A stretch of DNA of 64,000 bases from Amphiscolops sp. MND2022 (lineage: Eukaryota). Positions within the stretch are counted from its first letter, which is position 1, and each line of letters opens with the position of its first letter. The position numbers were made by a program, and so were the translations under genes. The notes under the pieces are model-generated. The model had not been told where the DNA came from and did not search any database. It saw only the letters and a program-made list of their open reading frames with translations. Below, piece by piece: positions 23,901-35,900 of the stretch. The stretch lies in contig OZ076411.1 of the NCBI GenBank assembly GCA_964187785.1, positions 41,788,001 through 41,852,000 on the forward strand, written 5' to 3'.

Positions 23901-26900
23901 TAAAATCAAAGCAAAACACCGAAATTGAATTCCGTTTACTTAAAACATACCAAATTTTGGGAGGCCACTAAAGATATTCCGGGTTTATATTCCATTGCAA
24001 AGCAATATGCATTTTTTTTCGACGTCCTGTTTTCGTACCATAACAAAATTCTCACAGATGACCGTCGATCCTTAAAAAGCGAAACCGAGGCTTTTATTTT
24101 TATACTTTAATTTGTAAAATTTGATCATTTGTATTTTAAAATTTTTTAATTTTCCGCGCTTTTCCCCGCGATTTCAAGACATTTTAAACGCAACTGTTAC
24201 CGCGATTTGTTTAAATATATTTCCGCAACTTTCTAGGGGCCGTGGTTAACCCATGAATGCATCACGGGTTTCCCTCCCATACAAAAACAGGTCAATCATA
24301 CTCTGCCATCATACTCACAGTATCATTCCAGGCAGATCATACTCTGGACCATATATGATTCCAGGCCGATCATACTCTGGACCATTTATGATTCCAGGCC
24401 GATCATGGCAAGATCATAGTAAGGAAATTTGTATGATTTGTATGGTACCTGTTGAAGAGCACTTAAAAACTATGAAACTTTGTTCTGACTCATTTTCATT
24501 AAACGATGATTCCCGCATTTGTTTTGTTCATGCTTGCTTCACACTTGTTGAGAAAATAGCATTGTGGTTTTTCTTCAGCTCATGAACAAGTTGCTTCGTG
24601 AATTCAACTTTACCGCCTTTTGTCAAAAAACTAGTTTCACTTTCAAAATTGTTAATTCAATCTGTTTTGTAAAGTACATTTTTAACAACTAAACAGAAGA
24701 GACTACATTATTTGGTGCCGCGCGACTCAGGAATTAACGAATCAGTACAGAAAATGTCTACCTTGCAGAACAAACGAAGCGGTCATTTAGCACGAGTGAC
24801 CCGTACTCACAACACAGTAGCCGATATTTTGTCCAAAAATTTTGCTAACATTTCTCTCATGGAAATTTCGAAACTAGAAAGTGCAAAAGACATTTGTGCA
24901 GAGCAAGAAGAAAAAATCAAAGCATTGGATCAAGAAATTCTTGACAGTCTTGCAGGAGAAGAAGACTTGACCAAGATGGAGACCGAGTGTATACGTATCG
25001 ATGAGAATCGTCTCCATCATCAAAGCACTAACCAAGGTAATTGATCGATGCGAAGAAGCCTCTTCCCGAGAAGAAATCTCGGACACAGAGCAGCAGACCT
25101 CGTCTCAACGAAATAGCGGATTCAAGCTTCCAAAATTAAGCCTCACAACTTTCAGTGGAAAGTACGAAGAGTGGACACCCTTCTTCGATCTGTTCCAAGG
25201 TGCTGTTGCTCAAAATTGCTCCTTGACAGATATTCAAAAGCTCCATTATCTGCGTAGTTCACTGAAGGGAGAACCAGCGAAGCTTCTGGCCCACTTACCG
25301 ACCACAAACGCCAATTACTCAGTTGCCATGCAGATGTTACAAGAACGTTACGGTAACAAAAGAGTCATTTGCCAGGCACACTTGAAAGCCTTATTCCACT
25401 TCACACCAATAAAGACGGAATCTGCAGACCAGCTACGTAAGTTACTTAGCTGCTATATTGAGAACGTCATGGCACTCCAAGAACTTGGAGTCGATACGAA
25501 TAGTTGTGACGTTATCTGGGTTTATACTCTCGCTGAGAAATTAGATCCTGAAACTCGGAAGCATTGGGAACTCGCTAGTCCAGGAGATGACCCACAAACC
25601 ATGGAGCAGATGAAAAAGTTCCTCGATGAACGAATTCGAGCATTAGAAGCCTCGAAACAACCAAGATCATCTTCCTCAAGAGATCAACAATCCACTTTAT
25701 CCGAGAGCACAACACAATCCTATCAAGGTAACACCAAGTCAATGAAACCGAGTAGTTGCAGCCTATGCAATGATAATCATTCTCTCAATCAATGTGATCA
25801 ATTCAAGTCAAAAAATGTCCAAGAACGAAGAACTTTTGCAAGGGATAAAAGAATGTGTTTCAACTGCCTTCGTTCCGGTCATACTGTTAAAGATTGTAAG
25901 TCAAAATCAAGGTGCCGCCAGTGCCAAAAGAATCACCACACGTTGCTTCATGATGACAGCCGCCAGAAAGGCGCAGAATCCTCCCAGTGCCTCTTCACTG
26001 AAAATCGGGGATGCACTTTTTATACGATGCTTCCCACCGCCATCATTGGAATTTTCACAGAAAGTGGTGATGTTGTGAAATGCAGAGCACTTTTAGATAG
26101 TGGCTCTCAAAGCAGTTTCATCACAGAGCATTGCTCACAAGCATTGAGACTCAAAAGGCACCCAGAGATGCTCAATCTGACAGGTATTGGAAACAATTCA
26201 AATCAAGTTGCCAGAGCGAGTGTTGATCTAAACTTCAAATCAATGATTAACGACAAACAATTTCAAGTCAAGGCCTTCATTCTTCCAAAAGTAACAGGCA
26301 AATTGCCCACACTCAACAAATCAAAGCTCTTGACTCTTCCGAAAACAATCCAACCATTGGCCGATACTGACTACAGCAAACCACAAGAAGTGGATGTCAT
26401 TTTGGGTGCCGATCTCTACGAAGACATTGCACTCAATGACAAGTTCAAGTCGAAGGATGGACTGAATTTCCGAAAAACCGAATTTGAATGGGTCATTTCA
26501 GGTCGCGTTGCAGACAAAGGCAAGTCACAATCTCATTCATATCACATTGCAACCGAATCTTGTGAATTCAACCTTAAGAAATTTTGGGAACTAGAAGACA
26601 TTCCAAATCAATCTAAACTCACGACAGAAGAAAAATTCTGCGAAGATTTGTTCAACATCACTACAAAACGAGATCCAGATGATGGCAGATTCATTGTTCA
26701 ATTGCCATTCAAAGAAAATTCAAAGCAGTTAGAAGATAGTTTTGAACAAGCCAAGAGAAGATTTTATTCACTAGAGAAAAGATTGGCATCAAATCCGAAT
26801 ACGCAACAAAGATACAAGGACTTCATTCAAGAATTTATTGATTTAAAGCATTTGGAAGTCGTCCCTTCTGAAGATCTGCAGAAGTCTTCCCATCAAGCAT

Positions 26901-29900
26901 ACTATCTTCCTCATCATTGTGTTTTCAAAGACGACTCCACAACAACCAAGCTTCGCGTCGTCTTCGATGCCTCGGCAAAAAGTCAATCTGGGGTATCTTT
27001 GAATGATATCCTGCACATTGGTGCTACCGTTCAATCTGATCTCTTTTCAATTTTGTTGCGATACAGATTCCATCGATTTGTCATTAGTGGAGACATTGCC
27101 AAAATGTACAGGCAAATAGCGTTGGATGATTCTGTCCGTGACTTTCATAGAATTTTGTGGCGCAATGACAAAAATGAACCTCTGCTACACTATCGCATGA
27201 CCCGTGTGACTTATGGGGTTAAACCATCGGCCTTTCTAGCCACTCGCTGTGTCAAAGAAATCGGTCAAAAAAGTGGGGGTGCACTTTTTGCATCGTCAAT
27301 TGAGTATGACTTCTATGTTGATGATTATTTGTCAGGTGCATCCACTAAACAAGAAGCCAAGGATCTCATGCTTGGTGTTATTGCAGAATTGAAGAAATAC
27401 GGAATGGAATTGAGAAAATGGACATCCAATGCACCAGAACTTATTTTGGAATTACCGGAGAACTTGCGAGAAAACTCAAATCAGGACAAGCTATTTGACG
27501 AAAGTTATCAAATCAAGGCTCTTGGAGTAAAGTGGCGACCCAACACTGATCAATTTTGTTTCCAAGTCACTTTGGAACCCATCACAACGTTCACCAAACG
27601 CTCTCTGCTGTCTGACATCTCAAAGCTGTTTGATCCCCTTGGATGGCTCGCTCCAGTCATCATCATATACAAGGTCTTGATGCAAGAAACTTGGACAGCA
27701 GGTACAAAGTGGGACCAAGAGCTTCCGTCGCACGTAATAGACCGCTGGTTTCAATTGCGAAACCAATTACCACTGCTCAATGATCTTCAGCTTCCCAGGT
27801 GTATTCTTCCACCACAAGAATGTGTCAATTTTCAACTTCATTTATTCACTGATGCTTCCGAACAAGCTTACGCAGCCGCAATCTACTCACGAATGGTAGA
27901 CTGTACAGGAACCGTTTCAGTGAATCTTCTGGCCTCGAAAACGCGTGTCACACCAGTGAAAACAGTATCGTTACCCCGCCTGGAATTGTGCGCAGCACAC
28001 TTGGGAATTCAACTTCTCAAAACAGTCATCAAAGTCCTCAATTTGGTCCAATACAAAAATTATGACATATTTGCGTGGTCAGACTCAACAATTGTCTTGC
28101 AGTGGATCTCACAGCTGCCAAGAAAATGGACTACGTTTGTAGCAAACCGTGTTGCTCAAATCCAAGGTGTCACAGAACCTTCTCAATGGAATCATGTTCC
28201 ATCACAATCTAATCCAGCTGACCTGCCCACAAGAGGCATTTCTCCAAGTGAACTTCTCGTATCAAAACTCTGGTGGAATGGTCCAATCTGGTTGAGCTGT
28301 GAAGCAGATGCATGGCCTCAGATGCCAACAACGACATCAACTGTACCAGAAAAAAGAAAATCATCATCGGAAGAAGATGAGAAATCCACACAAAGAACGG
28401 CGCAAACATTTTCAGTTTGTATCACCGACACCTCTGATGATTTAGTCAACGTGGAACGCTTCTCTAAGTTTTCTCGTCTCCTTCGGACTACTGTATTTGT
28501 TTTCAGAGCAAGGAACATCTTTCTTTTGTCTTTGAAGAAGGAAAGGCGTCCTTTCTTGAAAGAAATAACATTTGAAGAATTGCAGAATGCTAAGTTCCTT
28601 TTAGTTTCGCAATTGCAAAGAAATCATTTCTCGAAGGAATTCAAGCAGCTTCAGCAGCAGAAACCATTGGATCGAAACAGTTCGATTCTCAATCTCACCC
28701 CGTTCTTTGATGCAGATTACGACGTCATCCGAGTTGGTGGTCGTTTGGGACAATCTTCATATCGAGAAGATAAAAAGTTTCCATTACTTCTTCCAAAGGA
28801 ATCACACTTCACAACCCTTGGTATTCGCAGTTTTCATGAAGCTTCCCTTCATGGGGGAGGGCAGCTAACGCTAAACTTGATACGCGAAGAATATTGGCCA
28901 ATTGCAGGAAAGGTTCAAGTTAAGAGCATGATCCGACAGTGTATAAAATGTAGAAGATTCGATGCAAAAGCCCCTATTCAAATGATGGCTGATCTTCCAA
29001 CAGAGAGAATTACACCCTCAAAACCTTTTGCCTTCACTGGAATTGACTTTGCTGGACCCATCATTACTTTGCCAAACGAAAAAACATACATCGCAATTTT
29101 CGTTTGCTTCGTTGTTAAGGCAACTCATCTCGAATTAGTTTCGTCATTGACGAAAGAAGCGTGTCTCAACGCCTTACAACGATTCACTTCAAGGAGAGGA
29201 GTACCACAAAAAATTTACTCGGATAATGGAAGGAATTTCACCGGTGCCAGAAGCGATCTCCTGAAGATTCAAGATTTGATGAGCAAAAACAGCGAAAACA
29301 CGATCACTGATTTTGGAACAGAGTTGGGAGCAAGCTGGATAATTCTTGAAAATCATGAGAATCCGGAGTGGATTATGATACCTCCACGAGCTCCTCATTT
29401 TGGAGGGCTTTGGGAAGCCGCTGTTAGAAGAATGAAACATCACCTTCGACGTTCCCTAGGAAGCCAGATTCTGACCTATGAAGAACTTCTAAATTACGTT
29501 ACACAAATTGAGTCGATAATGAATTCTCGACCATTATATCCACTATCTACAGATCCAAACGACTTGGAGGTTCTTACGCCCGCTCACTTTCTCATTGGGC
29601 AACCCTTTCGAGCCTTGCCTCTACATGATCTTCCGGAATCATTTCCATTGGATCAACGATTTCGTCTCTTACAAAATCTTATTTCGTCCTTTTGGATCAA
29701 GTGGAAAAGGGATTACTTGGTACATTTGCAGATCAGGAAACGATGGTTCAAGGATGGTGAGAGGGTCAGCGTTGGTGACATGGTGCTAGTGGCTGAAGAC
29801 AACCAACCCCCTTTATGTTGGAAACTGGGACGTGTTATATCAGGCTTCGAAGGAAATGACAATATTAATCGCGTTGTTAAGGTCAAGACGACGCAGAGCG

Positions 29901-32900
29901 AGATTGTTCGACCCGTTGTAAAGTTGAGGAAATTGTTTTCAGAGGAAGAAGTAAATCGCTCAGTACCTTGACCAGGTTATCGAAGATTTATCAATGCCAT
30001 TTAGTTCTAATTGCATTTATCCAGCATTTTTCACTGATAAAAAGTGCACCCCCAAGTTCATTTTTTGGGATATTCCAGAAATTATTGGCTGTATTAACGC
30101 TCCCTTCATACTTACAGCTTCTACCGACGTCCTAATGTGTATGGGCAACTTTTCAATCATTTTCTACTGCTTTGATGGTCTACTTGACAAACTCGAATTC
30201 TTGTTTGGTCCATAAAAAGTGCACCCCCAAGTGTTATGTTCGTGATAGAAAACTCCATATGGACTTAAATCTTTCGTACCAATGCTGCATAGCCTACACT
30301 GAAGATATAGCTTCCTACTCCTAACATATTTTTCTAATCTGATGTTTTACTTCAAATTATTAAACTCACCTTCAATATTCTCTTCTATGCCCAACTGCTG
30401 TCATTGAGTTGGCACGAGTATTGGCCGCATTGATGCGATCGGTATCTGCCCTGACGTCAACTGATACCATACAGGAGGGTCGATCATCGCAGAATGTGAT
30501 AACGGCATGACCACACCCATATGGCATGTATACAGTCTCGCCAGCCCTTACCTCACACCAACTGACTTTCTTCTTCATTGTGGGGGACAGCCTTTGCAGA
30601 TGTTGTAGCAGATGCGATATGGCCTGTTTATCGTCAATGGCGCCGCACTGCTTGACCAGATCCGCTGCTGCCCGGCTCATGGGACAGAACAACCAGATCT
30701 TCTGCCCAGACAACAGAGTCATAATCTGGTCACCAGCTGTCTCCACAGCGGACAAGTCAAAATGCCACGGACGATAGCTGGTTCCACCAACAAAGAGAAG
30801 ATATCTGAAATCAAGCTTCATATTGTATTCAAGGCAATTTTCACATTATGTCATATGAAAAGAATTGATTCTTACCCATAGTTGATGGAGCCAAAACTTC
30901 CAGGCCAATCACACTTGACACTTCCTTTTTCTTCTTTCAAGAAGAAATCATCCAAGACATCAACTGGCAGATCGGGAGTTGATGTCCTTTTGCTCGCGTT
31001 CTTCTTGAAGGAAGTGTCGGACAAATCCCCCACCTCTCGGGCCTGAAGAAGCTCCTCGGCCGACTTCCCCTCGATCTTGATGGAGAAGCCCTCAATGACA
31101 GCAGGTTCGTCTCGTCTTGACAGCACCTCAGCCAACAGCAGTCTGGAAACCTGCGGAAAGCTTCCCGCCAGCAAGCTACGGATTGCCTCCAGATCTGCCA
31201 TTGGAGAGGAGCTAGTGCTTCGCCGAAGACTCATGTTCAATCTGAAAATTCGCATAACAAGGAGAGGAGTTATGTTGAAGAGCACTTAAAAACTATGAAA
31301 CTTTGTTCTGACTCATTTTCATTAAACGATGATTCCCGCATTTATTTTGTTCATGCTTGCTTCACACTTGTTGAGAAAATAGCATTGTGGTTTTTCTTCA
31401 GCTCATGAACAAGTTGCTTCGTGAATTCAACTTTACCGCCTTTTGTCAAAAAACTAGTTTCACTTTCAAAATTGTTAATTCAATCTGTTTTGTAAAGTAC
31501 ATTTTTAACAACTAAACAGAAGAGACTACAGTACCATAATGTGGTCAGATTATGATCGGCCTGGTCGGGAAACCCGGGATACTTTTGTCATATCGCTTTT
31601 TGGCAGGAGTGCTATGTAGAATTAAACAAGCTGAAATTCTGAAATTAGGAATTGAGCGACGAAGTGAACATGTAAAATTTTCAAATGAATCAAGAGTGCC
31701 AAAAGGTGGAAATACTACCTTCAGATCTTTTTGTTTTGCGCACCTCATTTCAAAATTGACTAAACCGCAATTATAGATCACATAAAACAAGTATTGAGCT
31801 ACTGTTTAAACGGGAGGTCATTTTCCAATTTAATCCTGAATACTAATGAATTGTTGAAAATATTGCGTTCTTATCTCTTTAATATTTGTTTCGCATCCAT
31901 CTTTCCAAAGTCGACGAAATCACAATTATAGGTAAATAAGCTAGAAAAGCTTTCTCCAAAATGGGAACCGAGGAAACTTGACTTTTAGTTATCCAAGGCC
32001 AGATTCGAACAAAAAGCTTTGAACTTTCTCCGTAAATCCCAGTTCTTCTCCGTACTGAGTTCTCAACAACTGGATTAGTTTTTTTTAAAAAAAACACTGA
32101 AGTAGTATCTGTTCACTGAAACAATATTTGTTTCTGAAAGAAAAGAAGTGTAGGGTGCTTGCGAGATAGTTCTATTTAAGCTATTCTGAATCTCGCAGTT
32201 TGGTCCAAATGCTGTCGCAACCGTGATCATAACAGTTTCGTTACCCACTGTATTTTGCTTTGAATTAAGAAGCAGACGAAAAGAGTGATGAAAGAAATGA
32301 AAAGACATTTTTGATTGATATTTATGATTTTCATGGTGTGGTATTTCATGGCTTACATTCAGCTCTATTTTCGAAGGCTTACTTGGAAGACCGGCTCTCT
32401 GAGGCTCTCATGTTCTACATGATGGCAGCCGAAACAGGTGTAGAAGTGGCTTCCTTCAACATGGCTTACCTGTGTGAAAACGACCATCAAGGCCTATCTT
32501 CATCTTACATAGACTCAGAGTGTATATACAAGTACTACAACATGTCTCTGAACAGTTACACTCCCCATGTGTACGCCATTAATAAAATGGGCGACTACTA
32601 CTTTTTCGGATGTTCTGGCAAACCCATTGACGCTTCTAAGGTTAGTCTCTTCAGCTTCTTTAAATTGAAAAAGTCTCAGCGTGTGAACCAAATGGTCTGT
32701 CCCGACAGGACTTGAGTTTGCATCAACCATGTCGAACTCCCATGTCTGTCAAATGGAACCATTGATGATATCCTCTTCGTATGTAACGTCTTTTTTAGTC
32801 GGCGCATTTTCTTTTAAAGGAAAAATGCCCGACTCTTACAGTGACTTTTTTTCAGATCACAGACCTCACACTGATCGGTCCACTTTTTACAGAAACTACT

Positions 32901-35900
32901 AAAACTATTCAGGCCAAGACAAACTTAGTGCAAAAGGTCTCCCCTTTCATTTTTAGGAGTCGGAAAATTTCTTTCATGAAAATTTCTCAAAAACTGTCCA
33001 TACGATTTTCATAAAATTTTGCACAGTCATTCTGCACTCAAAGGGGCCTCCCTGTGTGCGCAAAGGTATCAAAATCGTATGACTGGAATGTGGGAAACAT
33101 AGCCAAAATTAGCCCAAAAATGGCCAAAAACAATCATTTTTCGACTTTCGATTTTCTCGAAAAAACTGTCCATACGATTCGAACGAAATTTTCTACAGTC
33201 ATGTTCTACACCATAATATGGTCCTATGTGTGCAATTTCAATAAATTCGTATGACTGGGATTGGAGCGAGTCAGAAGGAACAAGACGAGAACGTCTAAAG
33301 TCGGCGCTATATCTAAGGCTCAAAAAGCGCAAAACATTTTTTGGAAAAAAACTTGTAATTATTGAAAAAATTTTTTCTTTCAAAAAAAGTCACATAGTGC
33401 CGAAAAATGTAAAAGGGGGGACCCTTTGGGGTTTATTAACATACATTCAGTTGCAAAATATAAAACTCGAAGGGGGGCCCTTTTGAGACATTTAAAATTT
33501 TTTCCAAAAAGTCGCACTGTGCCGAAAAAAATCCAAAGGGGGGACCCTTTAAGCACGTCCGGTTTTGGTTTCCTTGAAAAAGTGAAAAAATGAAAGGGGG
33601 GACCCTTTGGACTAAGTCTACCTTGGCCGGACTTGGCCTCAGGTGGTTTCAGGATGGTTTCTAAAAAGTGGACTGATCAGTGTGAGGATTGTATTCTGAA
33701 GAAAAACAGTCACCGCTATAGTCGGGCATTTTTCCCTTAATGGAAAAGTGCCGACTAAAAAGGTCACTGCTATAGTCAGGCCTTTTTCCTCAAAAGGATA
33801 AAGCGCCGACTAAAAAGACCTAAGCCGGCTCCTTTACCGCTTATGCGGCTCTGGATTACTTTTTAACGTAACCTACAAAACCAAAACGGGACGAGACTAT
33901 AGCATTACGATACATATGCCGCAACGAACTAGCAAGATCTTGCTAGTTTGATTAACAGCCAATAGAAACGCGTTATTATTTCTGATACCCGTTACGAGTT
34001 TTGCTCGTTACACTGTGTGATTTGGCGTTACGCGTAGTGATCAAACTACAGTAAATGACTACTTTACACTCTCTACAATTACGTACTTTGACTGGTTTCC
34101 CCTTCACACACGAAGACGGAAATTGATTGTTTCACACATTAACCTGGTACACATTTTGACTGGAATTCATTTTCAAAGTGAAAAACAATCAAAGTGTGTA
34201 AGTTAGTGATAACTTTGACTGTTTTCCACTCGAAGCATTCGTCATTTTCTTTCATCCGACTGTCAAATGACAAACATTGACTAATTTATGTGGTAGATAG
34301 CTCTAAGTACTCGAAAAGTGAATTCTAGTCATTGACTAATTTACGTGGTAGATAGCTCTAAGTACTCGAAAAGTGACTTCTAGTCAAACATTGACTAATT
34401 TATGTGGTAGATAGCTCTAAGTACTCGAAAAGTGAATTCTAGTCAAACATTGACTAATTTACGCTTGATACTCGTTACGGAAGTGAGCCAATTGTAGGTT
34501 GAAATTCTAGACTGGTTTCCACTTTTCTCTAATTACGGTCAATGACCACAATCCGCAATTTTTGATTACACTGTGCATCAAAATTCACGATGAACACAAT
34601 GCACTGTTTGACTAGAATACGGTTCGTTCTCGTTTCACGGAAAATACACTTTACTTTTAATGATAAATTCCACTTTTGCGGCATATGTATCTTAATGAGG
34701 GCCCCCTTCGATTTTTTTCGGCACTGCAACTTTTTCGAAAATTTTTTAATGTCTCAGAAGGGTCCCCCCTTCAAGTTTTTTGACATTTTGCAACAAAGAT
34801 TGTTAATGAATCCCAAAGGTTCCCCTCTCTTGCATTTTCGGCACTATGCGACATTTTCCGAAAGAGAAAACCAGAAGTTTTTTTTCAAAAAATGTTTTTT
34901 TCTGTTCCCAGTTGGGCAAAATGTGGTTTCGTAGTCTTATCGAGCTTGAAAGGCACGCTTTGGGTGTCTCGAAACTGTTTTCTGAGCTTTTCATAAATAC
35001 GTCGTAGGCATGTTTTGAAAACTTTGCGCTTTTTGAGCCTTAGATATAGTGCTGACTTTAGACGTTCTCGTCTTGTTCTTCAAACCTCAGACTGAAAAGT
35101 CCACTTTTTTACAGAAACTACTGAGGCTAAGCCCGGCCAGCGGAAACTTACTGCACTTTCAATTTTTTTGGCGCTGTGAGACGAAATTTTTTTTGTATCT
35201 CCAAAGGATCCGCCTTCGATTTTACTGACGTCTCCCCTTATGATATTCGAAGTGAAGCGCTTTATCCGAACTTTTGACGTTATAATGGAACTATATTGCG
35301 TTTTATTGAGGAAGAGGCGGAGGTTTGAAAACAGGAGTTTTTCATGAAAACGTCCTACGCATATTTTAAAGATTGCGCTTTTTAGCCCTATATATAGCTC
35401 CGATTTTAGACGTTCCCGTCTTGTTGATTTTTAAAAGATTTTGCCATGAAGTAAGCTGAAGTTCAACACTTTTATTTTTATATCTTTCCAAATTGATAGA
35501 AGAATACGGGTTTTCTGAAATAAGGTATTCAACGATGGAAAATGCGTTATATCTGATTTATTGCTTTTTTCTGTATTAGGTCATGTCAAGGAGGCGTTGG
35601 AAATAACCATTTTCAGTTTGCCATTTTGGAACACTATTGGCATTTACGCATGAATGAGTCTTCAATCTGTAGAGACTTTTTATGCAATATTCCGATATAT
35701 TTTTTTAATAATTGAGATTTGAAAGTCTGATTTCTCCCGAAAGGCGTCTTCTCACAGTATACGAAAAATTTCGCCGTGCCACTCTGCTTCTTGTGAATTT
35801 TTGTTTTAGGCTGCATCATACTACCTCTGGGCAGCCCAATTGGGAGACCCACAGGCATACTACAACTTGGCCTACTTAATCAACTTGGGGTATGAAATCT

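Larger units (their letters stand above)
24450..31530 (+). mobile_element. Full-length, very young BEL/Pao LTR retrotransposon (7081 bp) carrying an antisense JmjC gene
   Basis: 258-bp TG..CA LTRs differ at one position. 5-bp TSD GTACC (24445-24449, 31531-31535). PBS and PPT present. Domain order gag-PR-RT-RH-IN. Confidence 0.97.

Noticed and set aside
24253-24585. ORF with repeated MIPGRSYSGP
   Set aside because: It is a translation of MITE internal repeats running into the 5' LTR.
29972-31272. env gene after pol in the BEL/Pao element
   Set aside because: No sense-strand ORF with a signal peptide or TM segment; the sense ORFs are short shadows of the antisense JmjC exons.
31256-31285. ORF-track start of 30872..31285 as the JmjC start
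   Set aside because: Non-ATG start lying in the LTR/PPT; ATG 31234 (or 31255) is more plausible.
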